A stretch of 47,415 nucleotides of DNA, the filler included, from Jimgerdemannia flammicorona (taxonomy: Eukaryota): NCBI GenBank assembly GCA_003990765.1. It is 2 parts of 2 records of this genome, joined end to end, with 100 filler letters (N's around TTAATTAATTAA, not from the genome) between each part and the next. Parts side by side here need not be neighbours in the genome. Positions count along the whole stretch, not along the records: positions 1 to 23,665 come from RBNJ01001082.1; positions 23,766 to 47,415 come from RBNJ01001083.1. One strand, given 5' to 3'. The notes under the pieces were generated by a model. It did no database searches, was not told where the DNA came from, and was given only the letters and a program-made list of their open reading frames with translations. Of this stretch, positions 11,963 through 23,872 are shown one piece after another; position 1 is the first letter of the stretch; every line of letters begins with the position of its first letter. The translations under genes were made by a program, and so were the position numbers.

Positions 11963-14176
11963 TGTAGTAGGTACAAAGTTCTCCAAGTATATCAGATTCT
12001 CTTCAAGATGTATCTCTTAGACCAACTATAAGTTTCTTATAAGTAAGTTCTATTAGAGTACCTTCCCAATGTCTTATAGTTCTCAAACTTCTTATTTTTA
12101 AACTATTCTGTTGTCTTCTGGATTTATTTGCTTAGAATTGAGTAGAGGACTAGAACTTCTGTGCTTCTTAAGTAGTTGAGTGTTTTGAATACTTGACTAC
12201 TTAATTACTTACTTTATTTCAAAAGAAATGAGAGAGGTATTTATATAAAATATAACTAAGTTATAAAACTAAATATAAATTTCAATAACTAAATAAATGA
12301 GATACTTGAATATAAAAAACTTCAGATTATAAGTACAAATTTGAGTATCTATATAAATAGTTACACAAGATCAGAATGCTAGAATTTTTGATAATTATAT
12401 AGGATCAGAATGCCAGAAAAATTACAGTTATATAAAGAACTCAGAGCAGAATGTTCAGAACTCTGAAGACTTTATTTTTATTACTACTAGAGGTTGGAGA
12501 TAGGATGTCTTCAAAGGAAATGAGATCAGTGAATATTTTGTCCATTTTGCATATATTATGCATTTTTCATACTTCATGTATATTACTAATTAGCAGAATG
12601 ATATCATTATGGATGACATCATTATGTTCAGTAGTGGCAAGAAGAGCAAGGAGATCAGAGGCTCTCTAATCTATAAGATTCTCCTCTATAAAGTAGAGAA
12701 TAAAGGTAGGATCTTGAGGGGGCCTAATCTAGATACTAAGATCTTAGAATACTGAGATTAATTCTTGCAGAAATTGATCAGAATTGTCCTCAAGGATGGA
12801 ATTCCAGAACTCTCCTATCTCATCACTTTTGAGAGTAATAGTAGATTGGGCTTCTGTGGACACTATGACCTCTAGTATATCTGTATAGTAGGCTAATAAT
12901 TCCTTGAAGTCTGAGACCCTGATATACTCTAAGTTGAGAATTGACCAAGGTGTATATCTGAAAATCTGATGGATCTTTTTGGCTATCCTCAATTTATATA
13001 CATCTATAGAAGTAGTATCTTGTATTTCTTAGAGACTGGCCTGAGAAAATTTCTAGTAGAGGAGGTTTTCTATTTCATATTTCTGCTATATTCGGAGATA
13101 TTCAGTAGTGATAGTGATCCTTGTTTCTATTTTACAGTAGTTGAGAATAAAGTGGTAAAGGTCACTAGTATCTAAGTTGAGGCTAGAAGTCCTTCTTATA
13201 TGGATCCTTATAGCTCTTCTGATATCTTAGAATATTCTTTCTTGAACTGAGAATCCTTTATAGTTCCTAGATCTTGAGGCTTGGTAGACAGCAGGTATTT
13301 TGTTTATAGTAAGTCTTTAAGCTATTTTAGAGTTTTGTGAGTCTTGTTTAAGTTACTACTATTATAGTTCCTTAGTTCTTCTTTTATATTTCTTGAGATG
13401 TCTATCTTATGGTCATGATGACTCATAGTTGGTCATCATTACTCATCTTGTAGTCTGGGTAAGTTATGTTATATAATCTTCTTATGCTCTGATATGGTGG
13501 CTTATAAGAAAAGACTGTCTTCTGTAATAATATCACTATTCTGAGATTACTGTTACATCTTTCTCCTGAATAAGAATATTTTCTTAAACATTCTTATTCA
13601 TTGGTCCAGTCTGAAAAATTTGCTAATCCTATAACCTTTAGCAGGGGGTCAAAAAGTAGAGTTTATAGGCTGATATCTTCTTTATATATTTTGGTATAAT
13701 AGTGAAGAATTGCTCTCTTTATATAGAGCAAGGGCCTGATTCTAATCTTGATTAATCAGTTGATGGTTCAAACTTCTCTGACTTCAAAAGTCTCATGATT
13801 AAGTAGTTGCTGGTACTATATCTCTTATAGAATGGTCCAGACAGATTATCTGCTAGTTACAGAATATACTATTATGATTCATGGACTAGAACCTCATGAG
13901 TGGTCATTATATTTTGCTTCTCTTATATAGATTCATAATACTTCTTGAGTTTATCCCTATATACTATGATAGGTAGTATAGTCTTTGAGAGTTTTCTAAG
14001 CCAGAAGGTAGTTCTTTTGATACATATCTTGTATATAGAAGAGTTCTTCTCATTTGGGCTCCAGTTTTCATAACTATGAGACTTCTACTATATTTCAATA
14101 TAGTAGAACCTTTTCTCTAATTTAAATGAATTTTAGAGTCTTGTGATCCTTTTCTGTATTTTTTCTTATTAGTACT
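11963..14176 (-). mobile_element. Ty3/Gypsy element B, 3' part (integrase C-terminus, accessory ORF, PPT, 3' LTR ~11963-12675), cut by element A
   Basis: Minus-strand EKVLLY...KLEPK integrase tail at ~14050-14120. PPT-like AGAGGAGAA at ~12679-12687. LTR ends TGTAG / CTATA (read as decayed CTACA). TATA at ~12240 and short U3 repeats at 12300-12480. Confidence 0.7.
12744..13907 (-). pseudogene. Accessory ORF downstream of integrase in element B
   Basis: C-terminal part reads QKYEIENLL...IDVYKLRIAKKIHQIFRYTPWSILNLEYIRVSDF. An ATG at 13907 is in the same frame, but the N-terminal extent is uncertain. Confidence 0.55.
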
Positions 14177-15050
14177 TGTGACTTAGACTACCAGATAAGA
14201 TATATCTGTACAGGACCTACACACCTGTGTCAGATCTGTATACTTGTACTAGACCTGCACAACTTACTATAAGTAGCAAATCTATAGTTAGCCACATAGC
14301 AACCAGATAGCAACCACAATGTATAAAATACTCCAGAGATAAGAGTGAATAAACCTCAGTCCAAAATACAAATACCAAAGAAGTCTCTAAAGATTGAGCA
14401 TTGGTCCCCTTTTTACTCTGGTCTACTTTCTGATACAAAGCCTTAGTTTGCTTGCCAGATAAGCCTGAAGATTTGCTGCCAAGTTGAAGAAAGAACTTCA
14501 CTACCTTTTGAGTAATCTACCGCTTAAGAAATAAGCCACTATTTCCAAGTTATCCACATTCCCAAAGAACCTAAACCTTGCAACAAGCCAGTCTTCTGAT
14601 ATAACTTCACAGTGATTTATTTGTACAAATGAAGCCAGTCTTTGATGTAACTTTGCCAAGAATCTAAGTTATTACCCAGAACCCTGCTGATTCAGAAAGA
14701 ATCCACACTATCTGAGTTATTAGTTTGTTCCTAGTGAGCCTGATACAGAAGAATCCATACCATTCTCTATTCCCAGTAAGTCACCAATTCAGAAGAATCT
14801 ATACCCAAATCAAGTTATCTATCAAATTGTCAGAATATTATATATAAGGAGATCATTACACTATATAGAGATCACCTATCACTCAAGAAGGAGAACCACT
14901 AAATTGCCAGACCATACTATACCCAAATTGAAACTATACCCAGAGAACTATCCCAATTAGGAAATTGACACATAAATCACTTGCAGATATCCAGTTTTGA
15001 CTATTATACCACTAAATACCAAGAATATTTTGTTGCTTTTAATAAAGTAA
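14177..15050 (+). repeat. 5' LTR of element A
   Basis: Begins TGTGA. Colinear with 22704-23665. Exact 3' end uncertain. Confidence 0.85.
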
Positions 15051-15051
15051 C

Positions 15052-15060
15052 TGGGGGCTC
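15052..15060 (+). other. Primer-binding site, tRNA-Pro-like
   Basis: TGGGGGCTC immediately after the LTR, identical to the first 9 nt of the classical tRNA-Pro PBS. Confidence 0.55.
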
Positions 15061-15093
15061 AAGCCAAACTACATCAACCTCTAATAAATCAAT

Positions 15094-18000
15094 ATGACTT
15101 TTGAGCTCACAAGAACCTACAGTCAAACTAGATACATTTGATACAATACTAATCTCTGCCACTACAAGAGAACCAGTCATTACCAGTATTTAGATAGAAA
15201 GAGAAGTAATAACTTCAAGACTTGTCAATTATATAGCATCAGAAGGATCACAACCAGAACTGAAAGCCAGTACAGTCCAAAATCTCCAACCAGATCAACT
15301 AGACAATATAGGCAGCCCTGTTGGAAAATTTGAAGAACTTGTCTAAGAACTAGAAGATATTATTATATAAGTCTGAAATCATGCAGCCAGATATCCCACA
15401 ACAGTTCCATCAATCTCAATCATAGAACCTTTACCACCAGCTCTTGCAGAATTAGAAATAGCCCTCTACAAGAATACCTAGGCTCATTCTACTTTGTCCA
15501 AGGTCCAGAACACCATCCTCAAGATACCCAAGCACCCCCATCTCCAGTAATAGTTCAGAAAGTGAATCAGAGTCAGAATCTAAATCAGAATCTGGACCAG
15601 AACCAGAATCAGAAGAAAGTGATAATGAAATGGCCACTTTATTGCCAATCTTTGCAGGATATCCAGAGGAAGACCCTAGGGAATTCTTTGATGGAATTGA
15701 AGGAATCACTGCCCTGATAAATCTCTCAGACAAAAGGAAAATTGCCATCTACAAAGCCCAGCTCAGAGAACTAGCCAGAGGAATTTTCCACTGAATTGCA
15801 AATGATCTAAATTTAGAACTTGTAGCAGAAATATAAGCAGCAGCATCTTTTTAGCTAGAATATGTAGCTATGGTCTACTGGCTCATTGAAAAGTATGTAG
15901 GAAATGAAACCTGCCACAAAGCTCAAGAATCTATTTTGGAGATGAAGATGAATCTTGGAGAATTGCCTAGAGCCTTCTTTACAAGAATCTAGAAGAGAAT
16001 ATATACCACTGGGTTCAATGCTACCAATCAAGACATTATAGATCCAATGACCTTCATTAATGGGATTCCTTCAAACATTGCCCAGTATGTCTGTATCCTA
16101 GGCATCAGAAGGTCTGAAGAGCAAGTAGATGTAGCCTAAGGATTCTTTGATGTCAAACAAGGAACTATTTACCATGACAAGAAGGATGATAAGGAAGACA
16201 TTCTGGTTAATGCCCTATAAGGACTCCTCTAAGAATAAGAAAGATCTGAAGAAAGAAGGCCAGCCAAAGAAGGAAAGAAGGACAGAAGTGAAATTCAAGA
16301 CCTCAGCTCCAAGTTGGACAGATTGAAAAACTCACCACATGTGAAAATTGGAGTTATCAAGACAACAGAGGATACCTGCCCCAGAGGAGCCAAGGTTATC
16401 TACCAAGAGATAGCAGGAGCTACCAGTAAGAGGAAAGAAGATACTCTGTCCAAGACAGAGCTCAAGTCCAATGCTTTCACTATGGATAATTTGGACCCTA
16501 TATCACTGAATATGACAATAAAATAAGTGATCAAAGGGACTCAGAACTACCAAATTAAAGATATGACACTCAGTACAAGAAGGCTGAAGCCCATTCTGTT
16601 GAAGATTTCAAAGAAGCAAGCAACAGTGAAGACTACAGTGATCTAGACTTGTACTCTACCAAGGACACTACCTGGAAAACAGTTTATCTAGCAGAAAAAA
16701 AGAAGAGACCTATAGAAAGGCCATTCAGGAATATCAGCAGAAGAATCATCCAAGAAGAAGATGAAGAAGATGAGAAAGAGCAGATAGAAACACCTCTCCA
16801 GACCCCCTCACCTTTTGTCCTCAAGACAAATGAGCTACCATCAGAAGATAAAGAAATAGAACAAGAAAAATGTGAGCCTACTGCTCCAAAGCCCAAGAAG
16901 AAGTACTCCCTGAAGACCATGCTCAGAGACATCTATAATGAAGTCTGGCAGAAGATTCAAGAAGTTAAGATAGAGGTTCCTCTTCTGCAGTTCCTACAAC
17001 TAATACTAGCTAGAGTCTGAAATAAATTACTAAGGACCACCAGATCTAGCACTGACCAAGTTCCAATCTCACAATAAGAGCCAGTCTCCATTCCTATCCA
17101 AGCTGCAGAAAGACATGTCAGTACTTACATATATGGAGATATTGGAGGACAAAAGGTGAAAGTCCACATAGATATAGGAGTAGCTATCTATATCATTGCC
17201 AAATAGTTCCTGAATACCCTCCAATGGCCCATTGATGGACCATCCAACCTCAGCATCATAGTAGCAGATGGTGCCTGAACTCAACCCCTTGGAGAAGTAT
17301 GAAACATTACTATTTCCCTTGGACACATTCAGTTCTCTATTCCAAAAGCTATTGTCACTGAGGCTGTCACCTATGATATGATCCTTGGCACCAACTGGAT
17401 GAAGGAAATGAATGTAGTTGTTGATATTGGTCAACAAGTACTCAAGTTTGACTACTGAGGCAAGAAGTACTGAGTTAAGGTAACTAGCTATGAGCAATTC
17501 AAAAAGAAGAAGGTCACCATCTAGGAAGAATATACCAGTAGTGAAGAATCTACTAGAAGAGGAAGAAGAATCTGAAGATGGAAATGATCCTAGACTCAAT
17601 CCCTGAATTAACCTAGTAGATGATAGATCAGAAGACAATGTATGTGTCTCTATTACCATCAGAGCCATTGCAGGAGAAATCAAAGGATGCTCCACCTATC
17701 TCAAGAGACATAAGTGGCCAGAGCACTCCTCAAAGATCATTGGGACAAGGAATTCGCCTGGCACAGCCTGCCCCAAGTGTAGAAAGAAGAAGAAGAAATG
17801 TAGATATGTTCTAGAAACACCTGCAGCCAAGGCTGCAGAAGTATAAGCAATTTGGGATTAAGAATCATCTGAGGAAGAAGAAATCCCTGAACAGGAGGTC
17901 CCTGAATAAGAAATACCTGAAGAAGAAGAGGTCCCTGAACTCATTCCCTGGGATGACCCTCACTGGACACTATCTGAAGATAATGACCCTTAGAATATAG

Positions 18001-21000
18001 AAGAAGGACCCAGCATAATTCCCATTATTCCTAAGAAAGAAACTCACCAAGAAAAGATATTTTGGTTAGGAAGATATCTATACCAAATGGTCTTCCACTC
18101 TCCCTGAGACTACTGCTATCAATATTATTTATTAGACCAGCAAGATAGACAGAGACCCCAAAGACCAGAACCCCCAACTATAGTTGCACAGTCAACTACC
18201 TTCCAAGAAGTTACCACTAGGTTGCAAAGCTGATTTAGAGGATAAGGTCTCTTTACTCAAACAGAAGTATACCCATTGTCCACTCTTCCCCCAACTTATG
18301 ATCAAGATGAATACTGATTCCCAAGACAACAAGAAATCAACAACCAGGAATACTATTTCCAAGTAATAGAATATTATAACCATAGAAGACATCCTGACTA
18401 CTGAGACTGCAGACATCAGAAGATTTACCTCTGTCATGATGTTGCAATCCATACCTTGAAGAGAGGAGATAACAGAGGTCAGATTTGAAAAAGTCAAACC
18501 AAGAAGCCAGGAAGAAGGACCCTCAAGATCTATAATTTAGGAGAAGACATCCTAGCTTTTATCACATATGTAACCCACTAAGAATGGGTATAGGATGCCA
18601 CCAACTTCATAGAAGCCCTAGACCCTATAGGAAGAAGAGGGATCAACTATCTCTGAGACCCTTCTACTGGAGCCAGATGGCCACACCTCAACCTCAGAGC
18701 CTGGAGGCTCTCTATTAGTGGAGCCTTAGCCCTAGAATAGTCTGAACTTAGCAAGAATATTGCCCAGTATGCCCTGCTACATCCAAAGGCCAAACTTCCA
18801 ACCAAAGCTCACCCAGAAGATATAGGATATGTTCTTTACAGTCTAGAGAAAGAATCTATCAAGCCTGGAAAAATATTCATAATCAGAACCAGACTAGTCA
18901 TGCAGCTACTCCAAGGAGCTTATATCCAACTGACCTCAAGATCTGGACTTACCAGACAAGAAATAACTATGGAAGGAGGAACCATTGACCCAGAATATAT
19001 AGGTGAAATCAAGGTTATTCTACACAACAGTAGTACAGAATAGCACTAAATCATTAGAGGACAGAAGATTGCCCAAGCAGTCTTCATGAAGGTCAAGACT
19101 CTGCAATTATAAGAAGTCTCTAAACTGACTGAAGGAACAAGACAAGCCAAAGGATTTGGAAGTTCAGATAAGAAGGAAGTACATCTCCTTCAAGTCAACC
19201 ATCTCAAGAGGAATATCCCCCAGCAAGTATACCACCAACTAGCAAACTGCATAAGAATCTCATTCTGGAGCCTGGAGAACAAACCACCTTTGAAATCTTT
19301 GTACCACCTGATTTCAGAAATCTTTTCTTTGAACTCAATGAAGATATCCCACACCTGGATATAAAAGGACACACATTCTCTGATAAGATAAATCTGGTAT
19401 ATTCCTGAGCAATCAACCAAAGTTGGGAAACCATCATCTTATCAAAAGGAACCATCATAGGACATCTGGTGCCCTTTCTCAACCAAACTCATAGAGAAGT
19501 TTATGAACTAAACTTCTTGGGAAACAGCAAAAGATCCCAGAAGAAAGGAAAGACCCCTCTGTGATCCAGGAGACAGTGAAGCCTTCCACCAACATTGGAG
19601 AGAAATTGACACCCCAATAACAGCAACAACTAGTTGAACTTCTCAACAAATATCAAGATATCTTCACTACCAATTATGACAACCTGCCATACAATCCATC
19701 ATATCACCATAGCATAAATACAGGAAATACAACACCCATCCAGCAGAAATCCTATAGAATACCCCATCATTTAAAAACATTCGAAAAGGAGTACATTCAA
19801 GAACTCTTAGACAATGGAGTTATTTGACCCTCTACTAGCCCCTGGGTCAGCCCTATACTCATTGTACCAAAGAAAGGAGAATGGAGACTCTGTGTAGATT
19901 ATAGGAAACTCAATTTAGTTACTGAAAAGGATGCCTATCCTTTGCCCAGAATTGATGACCTTTTGGATCAGTCACAAGATGCCAGATACTTCAGCAGTAT
20001 GGACCTTTTCACAGGATTCCATAAGATCTTCATGGACCCCAAAGACATTCAAAAGACAGCCTTTCTTGCTCTAGAAAAACTATTTGAATACCTTCAAATG
20101 CCCTTTGGACTTTGCAATGCACTCCCCATCTTTCAGAGGATGATAAATTCAGTCTATGCCCCCTTGATCCACCACTGTCTGATTGTATATATGGACAATT
20201 CCAACATCTATTCAGCAAATTTCAAAGAATACCTGCACCATCTCAAAGAATTCTTCAAGCTCACCCACAAGTATCACTTGAGACTCAATACAAAGAAATA
20301 CTACTTCAGGAAACAGAAACTTGAATTTCTTAGATTTATAGTTTCAAAAGAAAGAACTCATACAGACTCAAAGAAAACCAAGAAGATCAACAATTGGCCA
20401 GTACCCAAGGCCCCAAAGGAAACACTATCATTTCTGATGCTAGTATCCTACTACAGAAGGTTTATCAAGAACTTTGCCCAAATCACTACCCCAATCTGAG
20501 TTCTTCTCAAGAAAGGAGTACCTTACAAATGGACAGAATTACAAGAAAAAGTCTTCAAAGAACTCAAGAACTACATAACCACAGTACTAATCCTTATGCA
20601 CCCCAATCTATGAAAGCCATTTATCTTATATACAGATGCTTTCAAAGATGGCCTAGGAGCAGTTCTAGCCCAAGAAGGACCTGACCAATAGTACTATGTG
20701 ATAGCTTATACAAGCTGAGCTATCAATCAGCAACAGATAAACTATGGTAGTATCAAACTAGAATGCCTTGCAGTCATATGGGTGGTCACTCTGTTCAAGT
20801 ATTACCTTATTGAAAAAAGATTCACCCTGATCACAACCATATAGCCCTCAAATGGCTATTCAACTGCAAGAAACCCTCTGGAATCCTAGCCTACTGGATC
20901 CTTATCCTCTAGAATTACAAAATTACCATTATCTACAAAGTAGGGAAAGCTCATAATAATGTTGATATACTTTTCCACCAGCCCTAATGAATTAGAAGAA

Positions 21001-22030
21001 GGGTGTTCCAAGGAACTACACTCTAAAGGAAGCTCCTCAGACCATTAAGGCACAAGAAGATCTCATCTAAAAGAAACATCAGAAAGCCCACCAAGGACAA
21101 GCAAATATAGAAAAAAAGTTGTGAACAACATACCAACATTGACTCAATCTCAGAACACAAGTCCAGGACATACTCAAGAAATGTGACATCTGTCAGAAGT
21201 ACCAAGGAAAAAAAAACTACCAAGCACTACTACAACCAATCACACCACTAGACAACATCTTTCAGAGATGGAGAGTAGACATAATTGGACCTCTACCAGT
21301 TATACCAAGAAGAAACAAATACATTCTTATATTTGTGAAACACCTGACTAAGTGGCCCAAGGCTTTTCTAATGAAAATTGCAGATACCTTAACCATCATA
21401 GGCCTTCTCTATAAACTCACACTCAGATATGGACTCTTAGAAGAACTTATCTCTGACTGAGGCACAGAATTCATCAATAACATAATCACAAGTTATGCTC
21501 AAATTTACAAGATCTACCTCAAACAGACCACATTATATTACCCTTAGACCAATGATATGACAGAAAGAATCATTAAGAAAAGACTTGTCTGAGTTAATCC
21601 TACCAACTGAAATCTCTGCTTACCTGAGATTCTATGGAAAATTCAGAACACTCCTACTACTTCCATCAAACAAAAGCTATTCAAAATGATGTTTGCCAAG
21701 AAAACCAGAACTACTGATCATGAGAATCTTGGAGACCTCCTCAAGAAGGCAGAACAGTTATATAATCAGGCCTGAGTTCAGATTATCAAAGCCCAAGAAA
21801 GACAAAAGAAGTACTATTATCAGAAACAGAAGGACCAGAAGATCAAGATTGGAGATCAAGTACTAGTTTGGAGAAGTATGATTAAAACAAACTTTACTGC
21901 CAAATTGGAGCCCAAATGGCAAGGACCTTATCTTGTACACAACATCAGAGGAACCAGTATCTATTTAAGAGGTATGGATAGATGAACCCTGAGGACACCA
22001 GTATATATCAATTGCCTTAAGATATACCTT
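15094..22030 (+). pseudogene. Element A gag-pol, multiply disrupted
   Basis: gag LPIFAGYPEEDPREFF (15630); decayed zinc knuckle CFHYG*FGPY (~16470); protease IDIGVA and DMILGTNW (17168-17400); RT WRLCVDYRKLN, PLPRIDDLL, YMDN; RNaseH YTDA; integrase CDICQ, VDIIGPLP, KLEPKWQGPY. Confidence 0.93.
18768..19169 (+). pseudogene. dUTPase domain within element A pol
   Basis: All five motifs recognisable: LPTKAHPEDIGY, SRSGL, GGTIDPEYIGEIKV, KIAQ, RQAKGFGSS. Confidence 0.9.
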
Positions 22031-22040
22031 TCCCCATATC

Positions 22041-22544
22041 ATAAATCAGAGAGTTGACAACTGCCTTCAGACTCTTGTCCTCAGCTCATTTCAATTACTG
22101 CCAGTTCCTCTACCCCAATTCTGAGAAGTCAATGAGAACACTCTCTAGAGAATTAAGATTCATCAAGAGAATCTTGTCCTGACCAGACAATTATTACAGG
22201 TCCATCAACTTCAGGCCCACTATGTAATTGGAGAACAATTGCAGAACCTCTCAGTCCCAGAACAAACATATATCAGAAATACTACAGGACTATCAAGGAG
22301 AGATGTCACTGCTGCAGACAAGCTCTACACCCTTTATAAATAAAACCCTGCAGCTCTGATATAAGTACAATTCTCCTGGTATGATACATGAGGAATGAAC
22401 CTAGCCACCTACATGAGTATTATTAATGCTATCGAAATCCTGTTCCCAGAAGAAGAAGAAGAACTCCTGGAATAGAGTAACTATGGTACAGATAATAAAG
22501 ATGATGGAATGGATATTAATACAGAAGATGCCTATTCACACTAA
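22041..22544 (+). pseudogene. Accessory ORF3 of element A (~167 aa)
   Basis: Single frame from ATA (probable ATG>ATA) to TAA: ...QAHYVIGEQL...TGLSRRDVTAADKLYTLYK...EEEEE. The internal stops are all of deamination type. Confidence 0.6.
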
Positions 22545-22596
22545 GGTGATGACTAAAGAACAGTCTGAGGACAGACCATCCTTTAGTAGGGGCTGA

Positions 22597-23665
22597 TGTG
22601 ATATATCAAAACATACCACTTGAATTATAACTCAGATGATATAAATATATAGCATAGTAACCAGACATAGCAACCATTGCTGTAGAAAACTATATAAATA
22701 GCCAGACTATCAGATAAGATATAACTGTACAGGATCTGTACACCTGTGCTGGACCTGTACATTTGTGGACCTGCATAACTTATCATAAGTAGCAAATCTA
22801 TAGTTAGCCACATAGCAACCAGATAGCAACCACAATGTGTAAAACACCCCAGAGATAAGAGTGAATAAACCTCAGTCTGAAATACAAACAATAAAGAAAC
22901 CTCTAAAGATTGAGCATTGGTCTCCTTTTCACTCTGGTCCACTTTCTAATACAAAGTCTTAGTTTGCTTGTCAGATAAGCCTGAAGATTTGCTGCTAAGT
23001 TCAAGAAAGAACTTTGTCACCTTTTGAGTAATCCACCACTTAAGGAATAAGTTACCATTTCCAAGTTATCTGTATTCCCAGAGAACCCAAACCTTGCCAC
23101 AAGCTAGTCTCTTGATACAACTTTGCAGTGATTCATTTGCACAAATGAAGCCAGTCTTTGATATAACTTTGCCAAGAATCTGAGTTATTACCCAGAACTC
23201 TGCTGATTCAGGAAGAATCCACACCATCTGAGTTATTAGTTTGTTCTCAGTGAGCCTGATACAGAATAATCTACTGCCAGTATTATTCTTAGTAAGAGGA
23301 ATCCATGCCATTCTCTATTCTCAGTAAGCTGCTAATTTAGGAGAATCTGCACCCAAATTGAGTTATCTGCCAAATTGCCAGAATATTATATATAACATGA
23401 TCATTATACTATACAGAGATCATCTGTCACTCAAGAAGGAAAACCACTAAATTATCAGACTATTACTCACAGAGATTACTATACTATATAAGATTATCAT
23501 GCAGAAAATCACATAAGAAGAACCACTAAATTGCCAGACCATACTACATCCAAATTATCACTATATCCAGAGAACCATCCCAATTAGGATATTGATACAC
23601 AAATTGCTCACAGATATCCAGTTTTGACTATTATATCATTAAACACTAAGAACATTTTATTGCTT
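22597..23665 (+). repeat. 3' LTR of element A (truncated by the gap)
   Basis: TGTGA start after the PPT. Colinear with the 5' LTR, with extra internal duplications. Confidence 0.88.
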
Positions 23666-23765
23666 NNNNNNNNNNNNNNNNNNNNNNNNNNNNNNNNNNN
23701 NNNNNNNNNTTAATTAATTAANNNNNNNNNNNNNNNNNNNNNNNNNNNNNNNNNNNNNNNNNNNN
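23666..23765. other. Artificial contig-joining spacer
   Basis: 44 N + TTAATTAATTAA (stops in all six frames) + 44 N, exactly 100 bp. Confidence 0.95.
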
Positions 23766-23872
23766 CCCGCCCCGCAAAACTGTCACCCTCTATCCCCCGC
23801 GCCGCCCCTTCTGACGCCTTGACCAGTCTACACGGCCCTCACCAACAACTCTATTCAGACACCACTTCCATC

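Larger units (their letters stand above)
14177..23665 (+). mobile_element. Ty3/Gypsy element A, near full length, degenerate: gag-PR-(insert)-dUTPase-RT-RNaseH-IN-ORF3
   Basis: Paired LTRs, PBS, PPT AGTAGGGG (~22585-22592), and domain motifs in Gypsy order. The 3' LTR is cut by the assembly gap. Confidence 0.95.

Noticed and set aside
12300..12480. Spaced repeats (GATCAGAATGC...) here and in other LTRs as a CRISPR-like array
   Set aside because: Degenerate LTR tandem repeats with no unique spacers or cas genes, in a eukaryotic context.
23710..23721. Palindromic TTAATTAATTAA inside Ns
   Set aside because: Synthetic six-frame stop linker. The two sides should not be assumed adjacent.
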